A stretch of 31,196 nt of DNA from assembly GCA_041496385.1 (NCBI GenBank), contig JBGQEL010000045.1:1-31196 (forward strand), written 5' to 3'. The stretch comes from Candidatus Methylomirabilia bacterium (GTDB lineage: Bacteria > Methylomirabilota > Methylomirabilia > Rokubacteriales > CSP1-6). Numbering within the stretch: the stretch's first letter is position 1; the number at the start of each line of letters is the position of its first letter. The translations under genes and the position numbers were made by a program. Under the pieces are notes generated by a model, which was not told where the DNA came from, did no database searches, and saw only the letters and a program-made list of their open reading frames with translations. Positions 17,265 through 25,718 of the stretch are shown in pieces.

Positions 17265-18174
17265 AGAGCAGGTCGACGAGCAGGTTGCTCAGGATGAAGC
17301 CGAGCGCGATCAGGAGGATCACGCCCTGGACCAGCGGGTAGTCGCGCGCGAATACCGCATCGACCACCAGGCGGCCGACGCCGGGCAGCGCGAAGACGTA
17401 CTCGGTGATCACCGCGCCGCCGATCAGCGTCCCGAGCTGCAGCCCGAGCACGGTGACGACGGGAATCATCGCGTTCTTCAGCACGTGGCCGCGGATCACG
17501 CGCCACTCGGAGAGCCCCTTGGCCCGCGCCGTGCGCACGTAGTCCTCCCCGAGCGCCTCCAGCATGCTCGAGCGCAGCGTCCGCGTGATCACGGCCGCCA
17601 GCGCCAGCCCGAGCGTGACCGCGGGCAGCACCAGCGACCGCAGTCCCCCGAGCGGGTCTTCGAGGGGATCGGTGTAGCCGGAGATCGGCAGCCAGCGCAG
17701 CGTGACGCCGAACAGGAAGATGAGGAGCAGCGCGAGCAGGAAGTTGGGCATGCAGATCCCGAACAGCGCGAACGACGTGCCGGCGCGGTCGACCGCCGTG
17801 TTGCGGCGGACCGCGGACACGATCCCGACCGGGAACGCGATCAGCAGCGAGACGAGCATCGCCAGCAGGGCGAGCTGCAGGCTCGGCCGGATGCGGCGGC
17901 TCACGTTCTCGATGACGGGCTCGCCGTTGCGGATCGAGTGCCCGAGGTCGCCCCGCAGCAGCCGGCCCATCCAGGCCGCGTACTGCTCGTGGAGGGGCCG
18001 GTCCAGGCCGAGCTCCCGGCGCAGGCTCGCCTTCGCGGTCGCGTCGCCGGACTCCGCCATCATCGCGTCGACGGGATCGCCGGGGGTCAGATGCAGCAGC
18101 GCGAACACGCCGGCCGTGACGAGCAGGAGGACGGGCACGGTCGCGGCCAGGCGGCGCAGGATCAGGCGAGCCAC
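17230..18174 (-). CDS. ABC transporter permease (DppB/OppB-like)
   Basis: PGDPV, GDLGHS, DYVRTARAKGL, TEYVFALPGVG and RDYP. Confidence 0.92.
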   Translation of the reverse strand: MARLILRRLAATVPVLLLVTAGVFALLHLTPGDPVDAMMAESGDATAKASLRRELGLDRPLHEQYAAWMGRLLRGDLGHSIRNGEPVIENVSRRIRPSLQLALLAMLVSLLIAFPVGIVSAVRRNTAVDRAGTSFALFGICMPNFLLALLLIFLFGVTLRWLPISGYTDPLEDPLGGLRSLVLPAVTLGLALAAVITRTLRSSMLEALGEDYVRTARAKGLSEWRVIRGHVLKNAMIPVVTVLGLQLGTLIGGAVITEYVFALPGVGRLVVDAVFARDYPLVQGVILLIALGFILSNLLVDLLYGWIDPRIRYR

Positions 18175-18197
18175 GACGCGTGCCGGTCAGCCGCGGC

Positions 18198-19736
18198 CTA
18201 CTTGAGCCACACGTCCTTGAACCGCATCATCCCGTCGGGGACCGGGTCGTAGTTCTGCACCTTCGGGCTGAAAGCCTTCGGCTCCACCGGGTGGACGATG
18301 AACACCATCGGCAGCTCGTCCTGGAGGATCTTCGTGACGTCGCTGAAGAGCTTCTTCCGCTCGGCCTGGCTCGACACCTCACGCGTGCGGTCGAGCAGCG
18401 CGTCGAGCGCCGGGTTCGAGATCCCGGACCAGTTGAACGAGGTGCCGGGCGTGGTCTTGAAGAACTGGTAGACGTTGCCGTCGGGGTCGGGCCGCCCGCT
18501 CCACTGGAAGCTGATCATCTCGAAGTTCTTCGCGTTGCCGTCGGAGATGAGCGTGGAGGCGTCGACCAGCTTGATCTTCATGCTGATGCCCGCCTCGCCG
18601 AGCTGGGCCTGGATGACCTCGGCCTCCTGGACGCTGATCGGGATGTTGTTCGTGGTCAGCGTGAAGGCGAAGCCGTTCGGCTGGCCGCCCTCGGCGAGCT
18701 TGGCCTTGGCCTTCGCGAGGTCGCGCTTGATGTAGGAGATCGATTTGTCGTATGCCCACGAGGTGGGCGGTATGGGGCCGTTGGCCGGCACGCCGACGTT
18801 GAGCCAGACGCCCCGGACGATCTTCTCGAGGTCGAGGCTCAGGGCGAGCGCCTGCCGCAGCGCCTTCACGTTGAACGGCGGTCGCGCAAAGTTGAGCTGG
18901 TAGGCGAAGTCGGCGAGCGACGGCACGTCGAGCACGACGACGTTCTTGTCCGCCTTCACGGCGGCGACGTCGCGGGGCTGGACGTAGTCGATCACGTCGA
19001 TCTCGCCCCCCTGGAGACTCTGCAGCTTCACCGTGTCGTCCGGGATCGGGCGGTAGCGGATCCGGTCCAGATAGGGGCCGCCCTGCTTGTTCCAGTAGGC
19101 CTCGTTGCGCTTGATCAGAAGGTGATCGTCCTTCACCCACTCGACGAACTCGAAGGGCCCGGTGCCTGCCCCCTTGGCGTTGCGCCCCAACTCGGCGCCG
19201 CGCTCCTGGACGACCTTGGGCGAGACCATCATGCCCGCGCGATCGGTGAGCGTGGCCAGGAGGCTCGCGTCCGGCTTCTTCAAGTTCACCTTGATCGTGT
19301 GGGAGTCGACGACGTCGACGGAGTCGATGTTGGCCACCTCGCCCTTGCGGATCGACTTCGGCTCCGTCTTCATGCGGTCGAAGTTGAACTTCGCCGCGGC
19401 GGCGTCGAAGTCGGTCCCGTCGTGGAACTTCACCCCGCGGCGGAGCTTGAAGACGAGCGTCTTGGGATCGGGCTGCTGCCAGGACTCCGCGAGGCCGGGC
19501 TTGATGTTGAGGCCGGCGTCGAGCGTAACGAGCGGCTCGTAGATGTTGTGGTAGACCTGCCGGTCCACCTTGCTGCCCGAGAGGTGGGGGTCCATGGTGG
19601 CCGCCTCGATGTAGAAGGCGACGCGCAGCGTGCCGCCCTTCTTCGGGGGATCGGCCGCGGCGGCCAGCCCCGGGGTGAGACCTGCAAGAGCGCACAGCTC
19701 GAGGAAGGCCCGGCGCGACAGCGTCATCGAGTCCAT
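18198..19736 (-). CDS. ABC transporter substrate-binding protein, family 5, Tat-exported
   Basis: Twin-arginine signal SRRAFL; KGGTLRVA, LRRGVKFHDGT and GTGPFEF; ATG at 19736 after a GGAGGAG RBS. Confidence 0.92.
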   Translation of the reverse strand: MDSMTLSRRAFLELCALAGLTPGLAAAADPPKKGGTLRVAFYIEAATMDPHLSGSKVDRQVYHNIYEPLVTLDAGLNIKPGLAESWQQPDPKTLVFKLRRGVKFHDGTDFDAAAAKFNFDRMKTEPKSIRKGEVANIDSVDVVDSHTIKVNLKKPDASLLATLTDRAGMMVSPKVVQERGAELGRNAKGAGTGPFEFVEWVKDDHLLIKRNEAYWNKQGGPYLDRIRYRPIPDDTVKLQSLQGGEIDVIDYVQPRDVAAVKADKNVVVLDVPSLADFAYQLNFARPPFNVKALRQALALSLDLEKIVRGVWLNVGVPANGPIPPTSWAYDKSISYIKRDLAKAKAKLAEGGQPNGFAFTLTTNNIPISVQEAEVIQAQLGEAGISMKIKLVDASTLISDGNAKNFEMISFQWSGRPDPDGNVYQFFKTTPGTSFNWSGISNPALDALLDRTREVSSQAERKKLFSDVTKILQDELPMVFIVHPVEPKAFSPKVQNYDPVPDGMMRFKDVWLK

Positions 19737-19838
19737 CGCATCTCCTCCGCGGAGCACGAGAGTTGCCGTGAGGCGCCGACGAGTATACCCTGCCGTCGTC
19801 CACGCGCCAGCATCGCCGCCATCTCCGAGGAGACTGCC

Positions 19839-20747
19839 ATGAAGCTGGGCATCTGCCTGCCGCACTACGGCCGCCCGATCGAGGTCCCGCGCATGCTCGA
19901 GGTCGCCCGCCGCGCCGAAGAGCGCGGGCTCGACTCCGTGTGGGTCACCGATCACGTCATCGTGCCCCGCCAGGCCAGCGTCATCTACCGGGAGGACATG
20001 CTGGACCCGCTGGCGGTCCTGCCGTGGCTCGCCGGGGTGACGCAGCGGATCGCGCTCGGCACCAGCGTCGTGATCCTGCCCTACCGCTCGCCGATCCCGG
20101 TCGCGAAGCTCCTGGCCAGCGTGGACGTCCTGTCGGGCGGGCGCCTGATCGTCGGCACGGCGATCGGCTGGCTCGAGGGCGAGTTCGAGGCCCTCGGGGT
20201 GCCGTTCAAGGAGCGCGCGAGCCGGAGCGACGAGGCGCTCGAGCTGATGCGGGCGCTGTGGACGCAGGAGCACCCCGAGGTCCAGACCAGGCGCCACCGG
20301 CTGCACGACGTCCAGGTCTCGCCGATGCCGCTGCAGAAGCCGCGCCCACCGCTCTACGTCGGGGGCGCCAGCGAGGGCGCGTTCCGCCGCGCCGCCCGGC
20401 TCGGCGACGGCTGGCATGCGAGCTCGATGGACCACGACGCGTTCCGGCAGGGCGCCGACGCCGTCCGCCGCTTCTGGAAGGAGGCGGGCCGCGAGGGCGC
20501 GCCCGTGCTCTCGCTTCGCATCCCGATCCTGATCGACGGCGTCCATCGTGCCGCGGTCGACATGGGACTCATCCGCGGGCGCCACGTGCTCACGGGTTCC
20601 GCCGCGCGCATCGCCGAGGAGCTGCGCGGGTTCCAGGCGCTCGACTGCGCCCACGTCGCACTGGAGGTGTCCTACTCGACCTATCCGGCGATTCTCGAGA
20701 CCATCGACATCCTGGCCGCCGAGGTCCGGCCGCGGCTCGGCGCCTGA
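19839..20747 (+). CDS. LLM-class (probably F420-dependent-type) oxidoreductase
   Basis: MKLGICLP, GLDSVWVTDHV, IALGTSV, LASVDVLSGGRL and PLQKPRPPLYVGG...RAARLGDGW; GAGGAG RBS. Confidence 0.9.
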   Translation: MKLGICLPHYGRPIEVPRMLEVARRAEERGLDSVWVTDHVIVPRQASVIYREDMLDPLAVLPWLAGVTQRIALGTSVVILPYRSPIPVAKLLASVDVLSGGRLIVGTAIGWLEGEFEALGVPFKERASRSDEALELMRALWTQEHPEVQTRRHRLHDVQVSPMPLQKPRPPLYVGGASEGAFRRAARLGDGWHASSMDHDAFRQGADAVRRFWKEAGREGAPVLSLRIPILIDGVHRAAVDMGLIRGRHVLTGSAARIAEELRGFQALDCAHVALEVSYSTYPAILETIDILAAEVRPRLGA

Positions 20748-21559
20748 TGGCCGCGGCCCGCGCGCTCGACTTCGGCAACCACGTCGTGCTTGTCACCGGC
20801 GCCGGCGCCGGCATCGGGCTCGGCATCGCGCGGGCCTTTCTCGACGCCGGCGCCCGGGTCGCGATCGGCGACGTGCGCGAGGCCCCGCTCCGGCGCGCCG
20901 CGTCCGAGCTCGACGCGGGCGGGCGCGTGTTCGCCCAGGCGCTCGACGTGCGCGACGGGAAGTCGGTGGCGGCGTTCCTCGCCGGGGCCGAGCAGGCGCT
21001 CGGTCCGGTGACGGTCGTCGTGGCGAACGCCGGCATCTATCCGAACACCCCCGTGCTCGAGATGACGGTCGAGGAATGGGACCGGGTGATGGAGACGAAC
21101 GTCCGGGGCGTGTTCCTCACGTGCCAGGCCGCGGCGCGCCGGATGGTCGCGCAGGGGACGCCCGGCAAGATCATCACGATCTCCTCGGGCGCCTACGTGA
21201 GCGGCCGGCCGGGTGCCGCGCACTACTGCGCCTCGAAGGCCGCGGTCGTCATGTTCACGAAGGTCCTGGCACTGGAGCTGGCCGGCCACCGCATCAACGT
21301 GAACTGCATCGCGCCGGGGTTCGTTCGGGTCGACAGCGAGGTGTCCCCGCTGACCGAGGAGTACGTGACCGCCATCACGCGCGGCATTCCGTGGGGCCGC
21401 CAGGGCACGCCGCTCGACATCGCGAACGCCGCGCTGTTCCTGGCCTCGCCGCTCGCCGACTACGTGACGGGCGAGGTGCTCGCCGTCAACGGCGGCGCCT
21501 CCGCCGGCCGCTCGCAGCTTCCGCTCAGCACGCCCCGAGAGAAGGGCTCGGCCCGCTAA
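20747..21559 (+). CDS. Short-chain dehydrogenase/reductase
   Basis: TGAGAGIG, ANAG, YCASK and INVNCIAPG; TGATG overlap with the LLM gene. Confidence 0.92.
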   Translation: MAAARALDFGNHVVLVTGAGAGIGLGIARAFLDAGARVAIGDVREAPLRRAASELDAGGRVFAQALDVRDGKSVAAFLAGAEQALGPVTVVVANAGIYPNTPVLEMTVEEWDRVMETNVRGVFLTCQAAARRMVAQGTPGKIITISSGAYVSGRPGAAHYCASKAAVVMFTKVLALELAGHRINVNCIAPGFVRVDSEVSPLTEEYVTAITRGIPWGRQGTPLDIANAALFLASPLADYVTGEVLAVNGGASAGRSQLPLSTPREKGSAR

Positions 21560-22152
21560 GGCCGCGGGCGCGACGGGTCGCCCACGCCCAGAGGCGGCGG
21601 GGCGCGGTTCACGATGAGCCCGAAGAGCCTGGCGAACTCCTCCTTCGGCCGGACGCCGAAGACGGGATCCTCGTTGGCACGGAACGCGGCGTCGATCGCC
21701 TCCCAGTCGGCGGCCGTCAGGACGCGCTCCGCGAGCGGCATGACGACGTCCTCCTCCTTCCGCATGTGCTTCCAGTGGAAGTCGAGGTACGCGTCCACGG
21801 TGCCGGCGAACGCCTCGAAGCCAGCCGCGCCGGCGACGCGCCAGCGCGCGAGCGCGTGGCGCAGCTCGCGGATCAGCGTGTCCCCGCGCGCGTGCTCGCC
21901 CTCCAGCTCGTCGAGCACGGCGTTGCCCTCCGCGCTCCGGGCGCGCACGGCCTTGAAGAGGTGCTCGTTCTCCTTGGGGTGGTGGAACTTCTCCGGGAAG
22001 AGATCGATGTAGTCGAGGATCAGCGTGAAGAGCTCGAAGTCCGGGGCGACGCCGCGGTCGCGGACGTCGCGGACCAGGAACTGGAGCCCCTGCAGCACGG
22101 CGACGAGCGAGCGGTGCTCGTCCCGGATGATCGAGAGCGCGGCGGGCGACAT
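21556..22152 (-). CDS. Hemerythrin (HHE cation-binding) domain protein
   Basis: IRDEH, FHHPKENEHLF, LEGEH and HMRKEEDVVMP; GGAGGG RBS. Confidence 0.9.
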   Translation of the reverse strand: MSPAALSIIRDEHRSLVAVLQGLQFLVRDVRDRGVAPDFELFTLILDYIDLFPEKFHHPKENEHLFKAVRARSAEGNAVLDELEGEHARGDTLIRELRHALARWRVAGAAGFEAFAGTVDAYLDFHWKHMRKEEDVVMPLAERVLTAADWEAIDAAFRANEDPVFGVRPKEEFARLFGLIVNRAPPPLGVGDPSRPRP

Positions 22153-22222
22153 CTGACCCTCCTTGAGTGTCCGGGGCCCTGGGTTCGCTAGCCCGAGCGT
22201 ACGCCCTTGCCCCCCTTCGACA

Positions 22223-22240
22223 GTATGAGCCGCGTCATAC
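22223..22240. promoter_or_regulatory. Palindromic operator GTATGA-N6-TCATAC (CRP/FNR-family-like spacing)
   Basis: Perfect 6-bp arms with TGA-N6-TCA core in the divergent hemerythrin/oxidase intergenic region. Confidence 0.55.
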
Positions 22241-22310
22241 CCGCCCCCCGCACGCTCATCTCAAGATGCGACCGTGCGCGATAGCTATTCGAGTCACCGC
22301 GGGAGGGCCC

Positions 22311-22475
22311 ATGGCGCCACCACCGGAACGCCACGATCAACAGATTCCGCTCGGCCAGCGGCTGCTCGACCGACCGTTCCTGCTCCTCATCGCTGGCCTC
22401 GTCGTGATGCTCGGCTTCTACACGATCTGGGGCCTGTTCGAGATCCTCAGCCTGCCGAAGGCCCTGTTGCCCTGA
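22311..22475 (+). CDS. Small single-TM subunit of the heme-copper complex (subunit IIa-like)
   Basis: MAPPPE...QRLLDRPFLLLIAGLVVMLGFYTIWGLFEI; GGGAGGG RBS; first gene of the operon. Confidence 0.75.
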   Translation: MAPPPERHDQQIPLGQRLLDRPFLLLIAGLVVMLGFYTIWGLFEILSLPKALLP

Positions 22476-22500
22476 CGTGACCGGGAAGGGAGGAACGCCA

Positions 22501-23046
22501 ATGGAGCATAGCGAAGCCCACTCGGCCATCGTGTCGCCCACGGGGGTCTGGTGGCGTCCGGCCGGCAGGCAGGAGAAGAAGTGGGTGGCCGTCGCGTTCG
22601 TGTGGTGTCTCATCCTGTTCGCGATGATGCCCGTGTGGCATTTCCGGGGCGGCCAGAACCCGTCCGGGATTCGCGCGCGGGTCGACCCCAAGGATTTCGC
22701 GGCGCGCGTGGAGCGCTTCGTCGCCGAGTACAAGGTCGGCGAGGACCACGGCGTGCCCGTCGTCGCGCCGCCGCCGGGCAGCGACGTCTACCTGCTGGGT
22801 CAGATGTGGCGCTGGTATCCGGTGCTCCGGCTCAAGGAGGGCGTCCAGTACACGCTGCATCTCTCCTCGATCGACATCAATCACGGATTCAGTCTGTACC
22901 CGGTCAACCTGAACTTCCAGATCGTTCCCGGCTACGACTACGGGCTCAAGATCGTACCCAACAAATCGGGCGACTTCCGCATCATCTGCAACGAGTTCTG
23001 CGGCATCAACCACCACATGATGGTCGGCAAGGTCGTGGTCGAGTAG
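22501..23046 (+). CDS. Heme-copper oxidoreductase subunit II with CuA centre (single TM helix, B-family-like)
   Basis: SIDINHGF and CNEFCGINHHMM give the complete CuA ligand set; GGGAGG RBS before ATG 22501. Confidence 0.93.
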   Translation: MEHSEAHSAIVSPTGVWWRPAGRQEKKWVAVAFVWCLILFAMMPVWHFRGGQNPSGIRARVDPKDFAARVERFVAEYKVGEDHGVPVVAPPPGSDVYLLGQMWRWYPVLRLKEGVQYTLHLSSIDINHGFSLYPVNLNFQIVPGYDYGLKIVPNKSGDFRIICNEFCGINHHMMVGKVVVE

Positions 23047-23062
23047 GGAAGGGAGAGCCAAG

Positions 23063-24790
23063 ATGGCGACGACGGTCGACGCGCTGGCGCACCGATTCCG
23101 GACCTGCGAGGTGACCGGCCTCAAGGTCGACTGGCACGCGGAGACGCTCATCAAGGTCAACGCGGTCGTCGCCGTCGTGAACTTCCTCATCGGCATCATC
23201 GCCGCGTTCGGCGTCGTCATGACGCGGTGGCAGGCCGTCCACCTGCTGCCGGCCCAGCTCTTCTATCGCTTTCTGACGCTGCACGGCCTGAACATGCTGA
23301 TCTTCTTCATCATCTTCTTCGAGATGGCCGTGCTCTACTTCGCCGGGCCCGTGCTGCTGCGCTCGCGCCTGCCCGCGTACCAGCTCGGCTGGCTCGGGTT
23401 CGGGTTGATGGTCGTCGGCATGCTGACCGTCAACACCATGGTGCTGCAGGGGAAGGCGGACGTCCTCTTCACGTCGTATCCGCCGCTCCAGGCCGATCCG
23501 CTCTACTACCTCGGCATCATCCTCTTCGCCGTGGGCGCCCTCGTCGTGACCGGGCTCTTCTTCGCCACGCTGGTCGTGGCGCGCCGGGAGCGCTCGTACG
23601 AGGGCTCGATTCCGCTCGTGAGCTTCGGCGCCCTGACGGCCGCGATCATCGCCGTGATCACCTTGCTGCACGGCGCCGCCATCTACATCCCCACCTTGCT
23701 CTGGTCGATGGGCCTCATGAGCATGGATCCCGAGATCTACCGGATGGTGTGGTGGGGCCTCGGGCATTCCTCGCAGCAGATCAACGTGGCCGCCCACGTG
23801 TCCATCTGGTACCTCCTGGCCAGTCTCACGGTCGGCGGCGTGGTGGTGAACGAGAAGATCAGCCGCATGGCCTTCGCGCTCTACGTCCTCTTCATCTCGA
23901 TGGCGTCGGCCCACCACCTCCTCGTGGATCCGGGCATGGGCCCGGCCTGGAAGGTGTGGAACACCAGCTACGCGATGTACCTCGCGGTGCTCGCGAGCAT
24001 GGTGCACGGGTTCACCGTGCCCGCGGGGATCGAGCTGGGCCAGCGGCTGCGCGGCTACACCAACGGCACCTTCGAGTGGCTCAAGAAGGCGCCCTGGGGC
24101 GATCCGGGGTTCTCCGGCGCGGCCCTCTCCGTCGTGATCTTCGGCTTCTTCGGGGGCATCACCGGCGTCACCATCGGCACGGAGCAGATCAACATCATCG
24201 CGCACAACACGCTGCGCATCCCCGGGCACTTCCACACGACCGTCGTCGGCGGGACGGCGCTCGCATTCATGGCGGTCACGTACTACGTGCTGCCCCTGAT
24301 CTTCAGGAAGCGCGTGGCCTTCTGGGGCCTCGCCAAGATCCAGCCGTACCTCTTCGGCATCGGTATCGTCATCATGGCCATGTCGATGATCTTCCAGGGC
24401 ATCTTCGGAGTCCCGCGCCGCCACTGGGACACCTCGTTCTCGAACGCCCCGTTCCAGGTCGAGTTCCATCCCGTCGTCCAGCTCTTCCAGGCCACGATGG
24501 GCATCGGGGGCCTCCTCGCCATCGCGGGCGGCCTCGCCTACGTCGTGATCGCCGTGGTGAGCGTGTTCTTCGGCCGCCCGTTCCGGCTGGCCGACTCCCA
24601 GGACCCGTCCGGCGTTCCCCAGGGCGTCTGGAAGCTCCCCCAGCAGGTGCACCAGGGCGCCGCTGTCGCCGCCGTGCACCGGACCGGCACTCCGGGCAGC
24701 ATGATCCTCGTGTTCATCTTCTTCGGCTGCTTCGTCCTCTACTACTTCGCGAACTGGAAGATCCTGTCGTTCCTGTGGAAGGTGGGATAG
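23063..24790 (+). CDS. Heme-copper oxidoreductase subunit I, eNOR-type nitric oxide reductase (active-site Tyr replaced by Gln)
   Basis: Six conserved His (LTLHG, GHSSQQ, SAHH, GHFH); H-x3-Q replaces H-P-x-V-Y; polytopic membrane protein. Confidence 0.85.
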   Translation: MATTVDALAHRFRTCEVTGLKVDWHAETLIKVNAVVAVVNFLIGIIAAFGVVMTRWQAVHLLPAQLFYRFLTLHGLNMLIFFIIFFEMAVLYFAGPVLLRSRLPAYQLGWLGFGLMVVGMLTVNTMVLQGKADVLFTSYPPLQADPLYYLGIILFAVGALVVTGLFFATLVVARRERSYEGSIPLVSFGALTAAIIAVITLLHGAAIYIPTLLWSMGLMSMDPEIYRMVWWGLGHSSQQINVAAHVSIWYLLASLTVGGVVVNEKISRMAFALYVLFISMASAHHLLVDPGMGPAWKVWNTSYAMYLAVLASMVHGFTVPAGIELGQRLRGYTNGTFEWLKKAPWGDPGFSGAALSVVIFGFFGGITGVTIGTEQINIIAHNTLRIPGHFHTTVVGGTALAFMAVTYYVLPLIFRKRVAFWGLAKIQPYLFGIGIVIMAMSMIFQGIFGVPRRHWDTSFSNAPFQVEFHPVVQLFQATMGIGGLLAIAGGLAYVVIAVVSVFFGRPFRLADSQDPSGVPQGVWKLPQQVHQGAAVAAVHRTGTPGSMILVFIFFGCFVLYYFANWKILSFLWKVG

Positions 24791-24820
24791 GCCATTCGCG
24801 CGTCGCGCCTGCCCGCGCTC

Positions 24821-25681
24821 GTGTTCGCCCTCTGGCTGGTGTCGGCCCTCGGCTGGTGGGCGTTCGCGTTCATGCCGCTCCCGTCGGACCCGCCGGCGTG
24901 GCTGACGGCCGCGCGCTCCGCCTGCTTCGGCGCCACGGACAGCGGCTTGCCCGCCGCGTCGGGCTGGATGCTCCTCGTGCTCGCGCCCGCGATGTCGCTG
25001 ACCGCCATCCTCGCGCTGTGGGGGTCGGAGCTCACCCCGTCCGTGCTCGAGGTGGCGCGATCGGGGCCGGGCCGGAGCCTCTTCGCCGTGCTCGCGATCG
25101 CGCTGCTCCTCGAGGGCGCCTGGGTGTCGGTGAAGCTCCGCACCGCGCGGCGCGTGGCGAGCTGGGACGCGGCGGCTCCCGGTGGACTCGCGGAGCTCCC
25201 GCCCGACTATCCGCGACGGGACGCCATGGCGCCGGACTTCGCGCTGATCGATCAGCACGGGCAGAAGATCTCGCTCGGGGACCTCAAGGGACGGCCCGTG
25301 GTGCTGACCTTCGTCTTCGCGCACTGCCAGGCGCTATGCCCCCTCGTGATCGAGACGCTCAAGCGCGCGGTGCCCGGCGCGGCGCCGAGCGAGGTGCTCA
25401 TGGTGACGCTCGACCCGTGGCGGGACACCGTGGGCTCGCTGCCGGCCATCGCGAGGCAGTGGGAGGTCCTGCCGAACTTCCACGTCCTCTCCTCGCCGCG
25501 CGTCGACGACGTGCTCGCCGTCGTCAAGGCATACGACGTGCCCTTCGAGCGCAACCTGACGTCCGGGGACATCGTCCATCCCGGGCTCGTCTTCCTCATC
25601 GACGCCCAGGGGCGGCTCGCGTACACCTTCAACAATCCGCCGATGACCTGGGTTCGCGAGGGTCTCGATCGACTCGGCTGA
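24821..25681 (+). CDS. SCO1/SenC-family copper chaperone with N-terminal multi-TM extension
   Basis: APDFALIDQHG, CQALCP (CxxxC), VTLDPWRDT and IVH...FLID-x2-G; three hydrophobic segments upstream. Start uncertain. Confidence 0.88.
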   Translation: MFALWLVSALGWWAFAFMPLPSDPPAWLTAARSACFGATDSGLPAASGWMLLVLAPAMSLTAILALWGSELTPSVLEVARSGPGRSLFAVLAIALLLEGAWVSVKLRTARRVASWDAAAPGGLAELPPDYPRRDAMAPDFALIDQHGQKISLGDLKGRPVVLTFVFAHCQALCPLVIETLKRAVPGAAPSEVLMVTLDPWRDTVGSLPAIARQWEVLPNFHVLSSPRVDDVLAVVKAYDVPFERNLTSGDIVHPGLVFLIDAQGRLAYTFNNPPMTWVREGLDRLG

Positions 25682-25718
25682 CGCGTACCGTCGTCACGAC
25701 TACTGGCGACCCCGGGGC

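Noticed and set aside
18180..20747. 855-aa (+) and 818-aa (-) ORFs suggesting large fusion proteins
   Set aside because: Each is a real gene (LLM from 19839; SBP from 19736) extended upstream through the antisense strand of its divergent neighbour. RBS and signal-peptide positions mark the true starts.
22257..22270. NsrR box
   Set aside because: Only a partial AAGATGC half-site; the full 11-1-11 inverted repeat is absent.
23063..24790. Annotation as an aerobic cytochrome c oxidase (aa3/ba3/cbb3)
   Set aside because: Lacks the helix VI cross-linking Tyr (HSSQQ), and its CuA subunit II excludes cbb3, cNOR and qNOR.
24788..24790. Pyrrolysine or amber readthrough fusing subunit I to SCO
   Set aside because: The frames match, but there is no pyl context, subunit I ends at a plausible C-terminus, and same-frame neighbours occur one time in three by chance.
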